NCBI GenBank assembly: GCA_951406725.2
Contig: OX597827.1
Span: 40,486,001-40,550,000 of the forward strand
Direction: 5' to 3'
Length of the DNA: 64,000 bases
Origin: Octopus vulgaris
Lineage: Eukaryota
This document shows positions 1 through 11,885 of the stretch, piece after piece. The notes under the pieces were generated by a model, which did no database searches, was not told the origin of the DNA, and saw only the letters and a list, made by a program, of their open reading frames with translations. Within the stretch, counting starts at the first letter, position 1; each line of letters opens with the position of its first letter. The position numbers and the translations under genes were made by a program.

Positions 1-89
1 TGCTGTTGACGGCTCCCCAATATGTTAAGCTGTTCCTGAAAAAAACAGAAGACATAAAATATCGTCACACTTAGCCCAAACATGCTGTA

Positions 90-314
90 AACCTCCTCAA
101 GGAATGTAAAGATGCAGGCTGGGAAGCAGAGCATTTTCCAATCGAAGTTGGATGTAGAGGGTTTGTTGGATGCAGTGTGAGACGACTGTTGTTGTCGTTA
201 GGCCTAACTCATCGTAAATTCAGTACCACCATGACCGATATCCAAACTACAGTGGAGAAGGCTAGCCACTGGATTTGGTTAAAAAGAGACGATGAGCGAT
301 GGCTAAAGAAATAG
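90..314 (+). mobile_element. 3' end of an RLE-type (HERO/R2-group) non-LTR retrotransposon ORF, 5'-truncated
   Basis: Translates NLLKECKDAGWEAEHFPIEVGCRGFVG...TVEKASHWIWLKRDDERWLKK*. This matches the GW..P(I/V)EVGCRGF...AS.W(L/I)WLKR C-terminus of HERO-like restriction-like endonucleases. Confidence 0.8.
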
Positions 315-1599
315 TGAGCTTTATTTAATAACCACATGACACACATTCTCTCCTGATGACCCTGTACACTTGCTGGCTTCTGGTATGCAGAGTTCTTGAC
401 TGGTAGCACTTGCATGTATAAACATATATGCAAGACCTGCATATATGTGTACATATATATATATATGTGGGTATATAGATGTGCATATATATGTGTATGT
501 ATACACACACACACATATATTTCCTTTCATTCTTTGTTATCGTTGTCTCACTTTACTTTGGCCTACTTTAGTACTCGGAAGAGCCATCAAGTGTCACAGT
601 TACAAATCCTTCCCTCCTCTACAGTAAATGAGGCTGACTGTTTAATTATTCAATTATTCATTGTCTTCAATTGTTGTGAAAGGTCAGGTCACAAACGGTT
701 TTTATTGTTGGATTATAATAATAATAATAATGATAATAATAATAAAAGAAATCATTATTGTTGTTGTGTCCATGAGAGACCTGGTTTTTGTATTCATTTA
801 TGTAACATTTCTGACTGTAATACCTCAAAATGGTGTCTTCTTTGTTTGTTGTATTTTGCCTTTTTTGGAATATAGTTTGCAAGTCTGAGCTGTCACCTGT
901 CCAACCTGACATAATTACTCCTTTGTTGTTCAGCTATGTGTATGTATGCATATATAATGTGTGTATGTGTGTGTGTTTATATGTTTGTGTGCTGGATCAC
1001 CATCATCATATATCGGTCAGTGTTCCATGCTTGCATGTGTCAGACAGAATTTACTGAGGCAGATTGCCTAAGGCTGGGATGCTCTTTCTGTCACCAACCC
1101 TCACTGGTTTCCAAGCTAGAAGGTAATATTTTCTCATAGTTAGACGTGGTTTGCATGGAAGACTGGAAACAAGCAACCTCACTTGTCCAATGATAATGCT
1201 CATTTGAAACCATCACATGATGTCGAGATAAGGATACACACACACACACGCACACACACACACACATACACACACATGTGACAGGCTTCTTTCAGTTTCT
1301 CTCTACCAATTTCACCTACAAACCTTTAGTTGGCCTGAGGCTACAGTAGAAGGCACTTGCCCAAGATACTGTGCTGTCAGATTGAACCCGTTACCACATG
1401 GTTGGGAAGAAAGCTTCTTAACCACATACCCATACCTGTACCTATATATTTGTGTGTGTGTGTGTGTGTGAATAAAAATTCATTTGTTTGTTTTACATCA
1501 GTGTTTCCCAAGCTTTCATGTGTTGGATGAATATGCTAGTTATACAAGACCCTGTTTTACAGCTGGATGCTGAACCTGACACTAACCTTGCAATAAAAT

Positions 1600-2045
1600 A
1601 GGAGCGGATCTGTTGACTAATCTAGGCTGTTTTTTATATTTTTGTAAGTTTCTGCATCATTTGGTCCAGTTGGCTGTTGTATACTTCGGCTGTAATTGAT
1701 GAGCCAGGTTTAATGAAATCATAATGGATCACACCTGTGCTAGACCATCAAACACACACCATCAGCTTCTTTTGATGAATTTTGCCTTTTGGACTGTGTT
1801 TTAGTGGCTCGTCTTTGTACAACCATTGTGCTGAACGTTTATAGTTGTTGTATTGGATCCATTTCTCATCACGTTACAATTCGATTAAAAAATGATTAAT
1901 TTTTGTGATGAGAAAGTAGCACAATGCAGGCTTCCAAACGTTGCTGTTTCTGATTTTTATTGAGTTCATGTGGAAACCACTTATCCAACTTTTTCACTTT
2001 ACCGATTTGAACTAGGTGAGTCAGTATTGTTTGCTTGCTAACACC
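1600..2045 (-). mobile_element. Degenerate mariner transposase fragment
   Basis: Minus strand shows frameshifted remnants of KVKKLDKW(V)PHEL, RIVT.DEKW and KLMVCV.WS. Confidence 0.7.
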
Positions 2046-2700
2046 AAATAACAACAATAATGAGAAGGATCTGACTCGACGGTGGCTTTCAGTTCATCAT
2101 TATCCACCTTTGTTTCTGGTTGACCATGTTGCTCATTTGTTAACAGAAGAGACTGACAACACTAACCAGACTACCACTGTCATACAAACAATTGCCAATG
2201 TAAATAAATATACAGACACACATGCATGCTAACATACATACACATATGTATTAACACACCTGTTCATATATACCTCAACACACATATACGCAATATTCTT
2301 CTTTCTTTTAGTTTCCATCTACCAAATCCACATATAAGGCTTTGGTCATTGCACTTCCACACACACACACACACATGCACACACACATGATGAGCTTCTT
2401 TCAGTTTCCATCTACCAAATCTGCTCACAAGGCTTTGGTTGGCCCAAAGCTATAGTAGAAGTCATCTGCCCAAGGTGCCACGGAGTGGAACTGACTGAAC
2501 TCAGAACCATGTGGTTGGGAAGCAAGCTTCTTAGAATACAGCCACACCTAATGCCTATGATAGTGATTTTGAAACTAGTGTTAAAATACATGCCAGAATG
2601 TCTTTATTAGTTTTTGAAGACAGTTATAAAGTCAAACACAATAGTGATAAGATGTTTGCAGTTATGATGCATCTGAGGTTTGTGAGCTTGTTGGCTTATA

Positions 2701-2942
2701 CAGGGTGGTCATAGATTGTCTTTACAACTTCCATAAATTTATTGTATCTCTATTAAAGTTACAATATCCATAGATGTGTTGTGTGCAACCAATGAAGCCC
2801 TCATGAAAATCTTCTGATGTTTCTAATGAAACTTTATTTGTTTGTCTATGTTTTCCAATAAATTCTTCTGTGTTATTTTTATTTCTAATTTTTTTTTTGT
2901 TAAATTTTTTTCAAATTGTAATGGTAATTTATGAACACCTTG
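2701..2942. mobile_element. Tc1/mariner-type MITE
   Basis: Imperfect TIRs CAGGGTGGTCATA / TATGAACACCTTG, flanked by TA on both sides. Confidence 0.65.
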
Positions 2943-3699
2943 TATATTTTAGACTCACTTCAGAGGAAGTTCAGTTTCGTAGATATTGGCTTTTAGAGTG
3001 ATGGTGGTGGCGACAACCACAATGATAACGATGACGGGCGATGATGGTCCATTAATTTCCCACCATATAACTAGCCATTAGCTTTGATAGATTTAGGAAC
3101 AATCTAATTAATGTCAGTCAAAGTTTTAACCTTAAAATTACAAATAGTGCCAATATTAGTGTTGTTAATTTTTTTAGATACACTACAAATTTTTTTTAGT
3201 TAATACATTCCCTATAGAAAGTCAAATAAAATAATAAAATATATAAATAAAAAAAAACAAGAAACTACTGACATCCACCCACCTTATGCCAATCACTCTC
3301 TTTTACATTCTCCCATAGAGTGTGCCATCTGCTATTATATTGTGTGATTTCTTAAATTTTTATAATTTGTTCCCAATTTGTTTCATTGTTTTGTTTTCTT
3401 GCAATCAATGCCTCTCATCATTATTAGGTCAAATGAAGTTTATCCAGTGTGATGTATTGATTAACTTGCTTAATACTTATCTATCACCTTTTGTTTTTGT
3501 TATTTTCTTTTTTTTTCTCACAATATGACATGCAAATATGGATCAGTGTAAAGCAAACATCAATATTATAGCGATCTAGGGTTTCTTTTTGGTGTTTTAG
3601 TTGCTGTTCAATGTTAAATCATATCTAACAAAGAAAACTTGTGATGAAGTGTGTTCCAGCTGTGACCATCCTGTTCCATTGCTTTTTGTAAATCTTTCC

Positions 3700-4140
3700 A
3701 ATGTGCTGGTGCCACGTAGAAGGTATCCATTTTGGTGTCATGTAAAAAGCACCGGTGCCACGTAAAAGCGCCTATGCTAGTATCACATATAAAGTACCTG
3801 TGCCTCGTAAAAGCACCCATGTTAGTACTACATATAAAGCACCCATGCTGGTGCCATGTTAAAAGCAACCATGCTGGTGCCAGTGCTGCGTGTAAAGTAC
3901 CTATGCCAGTGCTGTCTATAAAGCATCTGTGCCAGTGTGTCATAAATCACCTGTGCAGGTGTCACATATAAAGCACCTGTGCTGATGCCATGTGTAAAGT
4001 GGCTGGCATTAGGAAGTTCATCTAGCTGTAGAAACCATGCCAAAACAGGCACTTTGAGCCTGGGCAGCAATCCGGTTGGCCATCTCCTGTCAAACTGCTC
4101 GACCCATGCCAACATGGAGAACAGACATTAGATGATGGGA
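3700..4140 (+). repeat. Retroposon with (GAT)n tail and an expanded internal GGTGCCACGTAAAAAGCACC-type tandem array
   Basis: About 10 degenerate 20-28 bp units at 3700-4000, followed by TGGCATTAGGAAG...CCCATGCCAACATGGAGAACAGAC...GATGATG. The same tail occurs at ~6300-6415, 12358-12515(-), 12930-13140, 29996-30224, 42690-43017 and 46495-46553. Confidence 0.75.
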
Positions 4141-4376
4141 TGAGGATGGTCTAACCTTCCCTTTTTAATTTTATCATTTACATTTTAGTCAAAAGGAGTT
4201 GTGATGGGATGCTTAGGACACAGTCTTTTCAAACCCTTCCTTTTATTCTAGTAACATTGATGCAGTTGATGTTGGACTTGAATTTCTGTTGGTTGATGTG
4301 GGTCATATGAGACATTGTGGGAGCCTCTACACAGTCACTGTGATCAGCTAGAGATAGCAGCTAAATCTTGAAATTA

Positions 4377-4560
4377 TTGGGTTGGTTCATAGTTATTGTG
4401 GTTTTTTTCAACAAATTTTATTTAACAAAAACAATAACATGTAGCAAAAGCATCTTTAAATGATTATTCCAGACCATATTCACCATCTACTTCAATTTCT
4501 GCTTCCTGTTTGCTTGGCAGATGGTCAAACTGTCATTTAAAGATGTTTTTGCTAAAATGA
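4377..4560 (-). mobile_element. Mariner 3' end fragment with TIR
   Basis: TA-TTGGGTTGGTTCATAGTTATTG TIR-like end. Minus strand encodes ...EVDGEYGLE*, resembling a mariner C-terminus. Confidence 0.55.
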
Positions 4561-7420
4561 GTAGTAACTATATGTCAAAAGGCCAGCTTTGTCACATTCT
4601 GTGTCATGCTGAAACTCCCCGAGAACTATGTTAAGGGTACATGTATCTGTGGAGTACTCAACCACTTGCATTTCAATTGCATGAGCAGGATGTTTTGTTG
4701 ATTGGATCAATTGGAACCTCATCAACATAATTGACAGAGTGCTAGTTATAGCTCTGGGCCCACCAAAACCTTGTGAGTGGATTTGGTAGATGAAAACTGA
4801 AAGAAGCCCATTGTATTTATGTATATGTTTGTGTGTGTATGTATTACTGTTTGTTGCCTTGCCTTGACATCATATGATAGTTGTAAGCGAGTGTCGCCAT
4901 CATGCAAGTGGTATTGTCCTTTTCCAATCTTCCATGAAAACATGTCTGGTCATGAGGAAATATTATCTTACTTGGAATCATTCAAAGGATGGTGAAAGGA
5001 ATGCTATCTGGCCTTAGGAAGAAAAAAATCATTTCAACAAATTCCGTGCCACCCATGCAAGCATGGAAAAGTGGACATTAAAAACAATGAAATGATGATT
5101 TCTTTCAATGCAATTTTAAGAGAATGCTACATTTGCTTAAATTTTATATTCAATGTTCTAATCTCTTAAAGGAAGGATTATGTACCTGATTGAGGTAATC
5201 TCTTTAAAAATGGTTATTTGTAAAGTTGTTTCAGATGTTTGATCTTTTACTTTGCAGCTTTGGTATACTGTAGACTTCTGAACTGGTGAACAAAGATGTT
5301 CTGTATTTTGTTTTATTATATTTCTATAACTTATATTTTTTTATCTTTTACTTGTTTCAGTCATTAGAGTGTGGTCATGCTGGGGCACTGCCTCAAAGGG
5401 TCTTAGTTGAAACAAATTGACTTTAGTACTTACATTTAAAAAAAAATCTGGTACTTATTCTATCGGTTTCTTTTGCCTAAATGCTAAGTTATGAGGATGT
5501 AAGCAAACTAACACCACTTTTCAAGCAGTGGAGGGAGTGACAAGCACACACACACATACACAGTTGGCGTCCGCACAACTTCTGTCTACATATAAACAAC
5601 AGCATCAATGTCAGTAGAGGTTGGGAAGTATTGAAGTATTTTGTGAAGGATTGTGAGAGATAAGGCACAATAGGGATGACGGATGTTTGTGACATAGGTG
5701 AATTGGATAAGTGTAGTTCTGGGAAGGTACACAGCTTGTTAGTTATATATTTTATATCGAATCTGTTGAAAATAATGTCACAGTTATAGGTTTACCAAGA
5801 GACAAATCACTGGATCAATGTATTTCTTATGGTGAGATTGATAAGGGAGGGCTCTGTAACTTCAGTAGAACAAATTACTTTCTCATGAATGCTTACATAC
5901 TTTGCTAATATACACAAGGAAAACCCTCTCTTATATCACATGCACACACACACACACACATGCGTATGTGCACGCACACATAGGGAGTCTTGTTCAGTAA
6001 TAATTTTGTGAGTGTGCGTGTGTGTATTTTGGACTTGCTCACAAGATATTGGTCAGTTCAAAGCTATGTCAGAAGTAAAATGTGCAAGGTGCTGCACAGT
6101 TGGATGGAACCCAGAACCAGGCAATTGTGAAACAAACTCCTTAACCTCACAGCCATGCCTATTCAGTGGAGCAAGAATTATTGTAGCAAGAATACAAGGG
6201 ACTGATTGAGGATACAGCATGTTGATGTGCTAATTGTTAATGTTGTAGTCCATTGTTGAGTGAAGGTGTGGATGGCATTTAATTTGTTTTGATTTGGAAA
6301 TGTCATGCCAAATCAGATTGGAGTCTGGTGCAGTCATCTGGTTCACCAGACCTCAGTCAAATTGTCCAACCCATGCTAGCATGGAAAGCAGACGTTAAAC
6401 GATGATGATGATGATTCAGTTCCAGTTCTTTGCTAACCTAACAGATCTGTGATCAATGGCATTCCAGTCTTGATCATCCTATCCTTCTCTTAGACACTTC
6501 ACATGTAGGACTATATTATCCAATGCAATTTTCTCTCAAGACAGTAGTGTGTCATTTGGAGGATTTGCTTGCTATTTCTAGCTTGTCAGGCAACCACAAA
6601 GAGGTTGCTATGTTGGCTTAGCAGTATAGATAATTGAGCAATAGGTTAGATTTGTAACAGCTGTTCAGAAGTCTGGTAAAATTTTTATGAGGCAAGGTTT
6701 CCATGTTTGTGGCTTAAGTTTCAATTGGGTGTTGAAGCCAGTTCAACTTTCTGTACACTGTTCCTATACTCAGAGAACAGCTTTAACATTATCTCATCTA
6801 ATTCCACCTTTTGAACATGAAATGATGTTACCATATACCATAAGTTCTTTAGCCTACTAATGGCATCTCTTTTCTGCTGCTCCACCACTTATCATATCAC
6901 ATAGTATATTCTTATCAATATTAGAGACAATAGTCAGCTGTGTAACTAGCCTGGAACTACACCAATCTATGGTTGTGTGAATCGATAACAGTTGTGAATT
7001 GGCAGAATCAATAGAGCATTGCATAATATTCTTTGCAGTCTTTAGTTATGTTGTTTTTACATTCTTTGTTAAAATCCTGCCAATTCAACTTTGCTTTTTA
7101 ATTGAATACGCCTGAACTTGGTATACAAAAAGCTTGTTGTTATAACATGTCACATGATATAGTCCCATTAATGTTAGAGACAGCTGTGTAATCAGCTTTG
7201 AGGAAGAAATGTTTTTTTCTCTATTTGTTATTTAGTCTGAGCAATCCAGATGGTGCCGTAAACCCTTTTCTGAGCTTTCACAGACTCATGAAGCCAATGT
7301 TGTTGATGTTCAAGTTGATGTTTGAATGGAATAACTTCCAGAGGATTGGAGTAATGTTTGGTGAAAATAAAAAAAGTATTTGGTGTGGAGTGTGTCTGGT
7401 TGATGTGAAACATGCAGGGA

Positions 7421-7549
7421 CATAGGCTTGGAATCAGAGGGTGCAAGCACCCCCACCTAAATTTTTGTGGGGGCAGTGTTAACACTTTGAACGCCCTAGT
7501 CTGAATCTGGGTATGCAGCCCCTAAAAAAATTTCATTCCTGCACTTATG
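7421..7549. mobile_element. Small hAT-type MITE
   Basis: Ends CATAGGCTTGGAAT / ATTCCTGCACTTATG, with 8-bp TSD TGCAGGGA / TGTAGGGA (one mismatch). Confidence 0.6.
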
Positions 7550-7609
7550 TGTAGGGATGATGATGATGAGAAGGAGGAGGAGGGAGAAGAGGATAGTTAA
7601 GTGTATGTG

Positions 7610-7858
7610 TGAAGACACATGGCTTAGTGGTTAGAGTGTTGGACTCATAATCATTAGATAGTGGTTTTGATTCCTGGACTGGGCGGCGTGTCTTGAGCAA
7701 GACACTTTATTTCACGTTGCTCCAGTTCACTCAGCTGGTAACAATGAGTAATCCTGCGATGGACTGGTGTCCCATCCAGGTGGGAAATTTATACGCCATG
7801 GAAAGCAGCCCTTATGAGTTGGTACGACTTGAGAAGGTAGCTTTACCTTTACCTTTTT
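7610..7858 (+). mobile_element. tRNA-derived SINE (family E: head + CORE-like + V-like domain)
   Basis: A box TGGCTTAGTGG, B box GGTTTTGATTCC, then CTTGAGCAAGACACTT and CCTGCGATGGACTGG. Related copies at 12545-12880(-), 23475-23720, 37970-38175(-), 42553-42690 and 55345-55660(-). Confidence 0.75.
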
Positions 7859-8408
7859 AGTTAAGTGTCTTGAGTCGAGTCAGTAGGGTGTTGTACACAG
7901 CTTACCAGTTCAAAAGAGCAGTATCTGTTGTAGTTGCAGTTGAAGAGAAAAGAATGTGGGTGAAAACCTTTGGAGGGTTTTGTGGTTGTCCTTTGTGGCT
8001 GTTCTGTTTTTTGCAAGAATACATTCTTTCACATTGTAAAGTTATATGTTGTAGAGTTGTGGAGTCCTCTGTTTTTTTTTTTTTATTTGCATGTTTCTGA
8101 GATGACAAAGGACTGAGATGCCTGGTGCCTTGCTATATTCAAGAAGACTCATACTCCACAGCAGAAGTGTTAAGACTGGTCCTTCTAGTGGTGTAAAGCA
8201 CTCATGGCAGTGTCATGTAAAAGTGCCTTGTGTGATGACATGAAAAAGCACCTATATGGTGCCACATAAAAACATCTGTGTGGCACCAGGTAAATGTTTT
8301 GTGAGTGAATTTGGTTAGCGGAAACTGTATGGAAGCTCATCATATTTGTGTGTTTCGTGTCTGTGTTTATCCCTACTCCCACTACATGACTTACTGTTGG
8401 TTTATTCT

Positions 8409-8780
8409 CTCTTTACTCTGTTACTTGTTTCAGTCATTTGACTGCGGCCGTGCTGGAGCACCACCTTTAGTCAAGCAACTTTGACCCAAGGACTTATTCT
8501 TTGTAAGCCTAGTACTTATTCTATCGGTCTCTTTTGCCGAACCACTAAGTTCCGGGTACGTAAACACACCAGCATTGGTTGTCAAGCAATGTTGGGGGGG
8601 ACAAACACAGACATACATATACATATATATGACAAGCTTCTTTCAGTTTCCGTCTACCAGGCTTTGGTCGGCCTGAGGCTATAGTAGAAGACACTTGCCC
8701 AAAATGCCACGCAGTGGGACTGAACATGGAACCATGTGGTTGGTAAGCAAGCCACTTACCACATAGCCACTCCTGTGCCT
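8409..8780 (-). mobile_element. tRNA-derived SINE family A
   Basis: Reverse complement of the 60870-61273 copy, with an internal deletion. Confidence 0.9.
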
Positions 8781-9852
8781 ATGGAGTTTACATCATACCT
8801 TAGCATATAGGCAAAAGATTCTCTTAGAATAAGTACAGATTTAAAAATAAATACTGGGGTTGATTTGATCAACCGATGGTGCCCCAGCATGGCTGCAGTC
8901 CAATGGCTGAAACAAAAGATAAAAGATTATTTAGACATGATTACTGTGAGGTTTAGGTGTTGGGCTACTGATCAAATGGTTGTAAGTTCAATTCTTTCTT
9001 CTATCATTATATTTAATTCCTGAGCAAGTAACCTAATTCTATTTACTCCAGATTGCCTTGTCAACGTTATTGAATAGTTTTCATTCCTACTTCACAATTA
9101 TATATTTAGTGGTAGGAAGCTTGTCCAGCTGTAAAACTGTTCTTGTAACAAATAACCAATCCCACTCATTTGATCATATAAACAAATTTAAAACACACAC
9201 ACAAAAACAACATATTACTGAACTTTTCTTAGCTTCAGTTAGCTCTCACTTTCATATACATTATAAACCATATTATACGGTTTCAAATTTTGGCACAAGA
9301 TTAGCAAATTTGATGGGAGTGAATAAGTCAATTACATTGACACCAATGCCCAATTGGTACTTATTTCATCAACCCTGAAAGGATGAAAAGCAAAATTGAC
9401 TAGCAGAACTTGAACTCAGAACATAAAGATGGACAAAATGTTGCTAAGCATTTTGTACAGCATACCAACAATTCTTCTTGCTCACCATCTTAAATTCTCA
9501 TATTATATCCCAGCCAATGAAGCACCCCTTTGTGATCACTAAATTTAATAGAAATAGTAATTGTTAATTAAGGAAGGACATGTTCAGTAATGTAGTCATA
9601 TATACACTGCCTGAGGGAAAATAAAGACAGGAATGTCATGGTTGGAATGCTACAGATCAGAAATGTACTTGATCAAGATTGATCTGGGATTGAATAATAA
9701 CCGATACTAGATGAAACAATGGGAATAACAATAATGATAACAGTATCATTCCAAAGAAAAGGTTACAACAACAGGATTCTCCCAAGATCAATAATAATTT
9801 GTTTTTGGATTTGGTTTGCAAGATTCTTTATATGAGTTTGTGTGTTGAAGCA

Positions 9853-10130
9853 TATTCTGTTGTGTCTGGGGAGAGTCATTTTCTTTTGGTGCCTTATAAT
9901 GTAACACACACACCGGTAAAATTTCCACTTTTTTCTTATTTTTATTCTCCTAAACTTTTCGTTGCGTCTTGAAACCTTTTCAATAGTTTTGACTCAAAAC
10001 TATTGAAAAGGTTTCAAGACAAATCGGAAATTTTAGGAGAATAAAAATAAGAAAAAAGTGGAAATTTTACTGGTGTGTGTATATTATAAGGCACAAAAAG
10101 AAAATGACTCTCCCCAGACACAACAGAATA
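9853..10130. repeat. Long near-perfect inverted repeat (tail-to-tail copies of one repeat)
   Basis: Arms of ~138 bp centred on TTTTGA-C-TCAAAA at 9993. Confidence 0.9.
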
Positions 10131-10289
10131 ATAATTTGTTTGCAGATCAAATATGTTAAGCAATCTAGTTCTTTTAATATTGATGTGTTTAGGGTGAGTC
10201 ATTACTGAATTTTAGTAAGCTTTCACTTTCATACACATTACAGCGCATATTGTATGGTTTCTTTTATATTGTATATTTCAATGAAATAT

Positions 10290-10735
10290 ATATTTCTATG
10301 AAATATATATTTCTTTTACCTTAATCTCAATGTACTGTTTCCACTAAAAGGTCTATATTTTTAGTTTCATCTTACTAGGTCCCTCTAGTGTTTTTAAGTA
10401 AAACATCTAAAGCTTACTTTTAAATCACACTGGTATTGTTAGTGTTTTCCATGAAATGTCTACATTTTACATCAGTCTAACAGATTCCTATAGTATTTTT
10501 AATTGAATGTCCCTCCTTTATTGAATGTCTTTACTTCAACTAGTTATTTAATAAAATGTTGATATTTTACCTCAATCTCACCCATCCCTCTAGATTTTTT
10601 TAGTAAAATGTCTAAATTTTGACTTTTATCTCACAGGAATGTTTTGTGTTTTGAATGAAATGTGTCTGTATTTCACACCAATCCATTTGGAAAGTTCAGT
10701 AAAATGTCTATATATTTTACTTTAATGTCACAAAT
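10290..10735. repeat. Old degenerate minisatellite, ~50-bp unit
   Basis: Recurrent AAATGTCTA(T)ATTTTACnTnAATCTCAC-like motif at ~10350, 10400, 10455, 10555, 10607, 10658 and 10702. Confidence 0.6.
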
Positions 10736-10772
10736 CTTTTACGGTTTTCAAAAAAAAATATCTTCATCATAC

Positions 10773-10934
10773 GGCGTCGTAGTGGCTGTGTGGTAAGTAG
10801 TTTGCTTACCAACTACATGGTTCTGGATTCAGTATCACTGCGTTGCAACTTGGACAAGTGTCTTCTACTATAGTCTCGGGCTGACCAAAGCCTTGTGAGT
10901 GGATTTGGTAGATGGAAACTGAAAGAAGCCCGTC

Positions 10935-10980
<46 letters not shown>

Positions 10981-11196
10981 GTGTATGTGTGTCTGTGTTC
11001 GTCTCCCCAAAATCGCTTGACAACCAATGCTAATGTGTTTGTTGCATACCCCATAACTTAGTGGTTCGGCAAAAGAGACTGATAGAATAAGTATTAGGCT
11101 TACAAAGAATAAGTGCTGGGGTCGATTTGCTCGACTAAAGGTGGTGCTCCAGCATGACTACAGTCAAATGGCTGAAACAAGTAAAAGAGTAAGAGT
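10773..11196 (+). mobile_element. SINE family A, full length
   Basis: A box TGGCTGTGTGG, B box, internal (TA)n/(TG)n, GTAAAAGAGT tail. Confidence 0.9.
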
Positions 11197-11205
11197 ATAC
11201 TTTAA

Positions 11206-11423
11206 CCATTTTGATATTTACCCACATGAAATTGCACCTGGTTCTATGAAACAAACAAACTATTTAAAATGATCCAAATCAAAACTTTCCTTTGAAAGTT
11301 CATGTTATTTTCCATTTTCCATCAGTTTAATAATGAGAAAGTTATTTTATTATTAAGTCGTTATTTTCAAAATTAATTAAAACAAAGGCAGTGTACTTGA
11401 ACAGAAATATGGTAGCAAAAGGG
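11206..11423. mobile_element. piggyBac-type MITE
   Basis: TTAA at both ends; TIRs CCATTTTGATA / TAGCAAAAGGG; related to 14006-14226. Confidence 0.7.
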
Positions 11424-11479
11424 TTAATCTTAAAGTTTTTTTTTATGTTATAGTATTTTAAAATTAAATATTCCGATAG

Positions 11480-11885
11480 GTAGAGGCATTGCTCTGTGGT
11501 AAGAAGTTTGTTTCCCAACCACATGGTTCTGGGTTCAGTCTCACCATGTAGCACCTTGGGCATTTGTCTTCTAGAGCCTCAGGCTGACCAAACCTTTGTG
11601 AGTGGATTTTGTAGATGGAAACTGAAAGAAGCCCATCGTGTGTGTGTGTGTGTGTGCAGGTGTGTCTTTGTATCTGTGTTTGTCCCAAACCCACCCACCA
11701 CCACTGCTTGTTTCTGTTTACATACCTGTAATGTAGTGGTTTGGCAAAAGACACTGACAGACTAAGTACCTAGCTTAAAAAGGTAAGTACTGGGTGGAGG
11801 GCTATTTTTTCAACAAAAATTCTTCAAGGAAGTGCTCCAGCATGGCCTCAGTCAAATGACTAAAACAAGTAAAAAATAAAAGGTA
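11480..11885 (+). mobile_element. SINE family A, older copy
   Basis: Same layout as other family A copies, more diverged and CpG-decayed. Confidence 0.85.

Noticed and set aside
345-400. Hammerhead in the HERO 3' UTR (CCTGATGAC)
   Set aside because: No GAAA or stem III partner downstream.
3700-4000. CRISPR-like array of palindromic repeats
   Set aside because: Units are degenerate with no unique 30-40 bp spacers, there are no cas genes, the context is eukaryotic, and the array is part of a dispersed retroposon.
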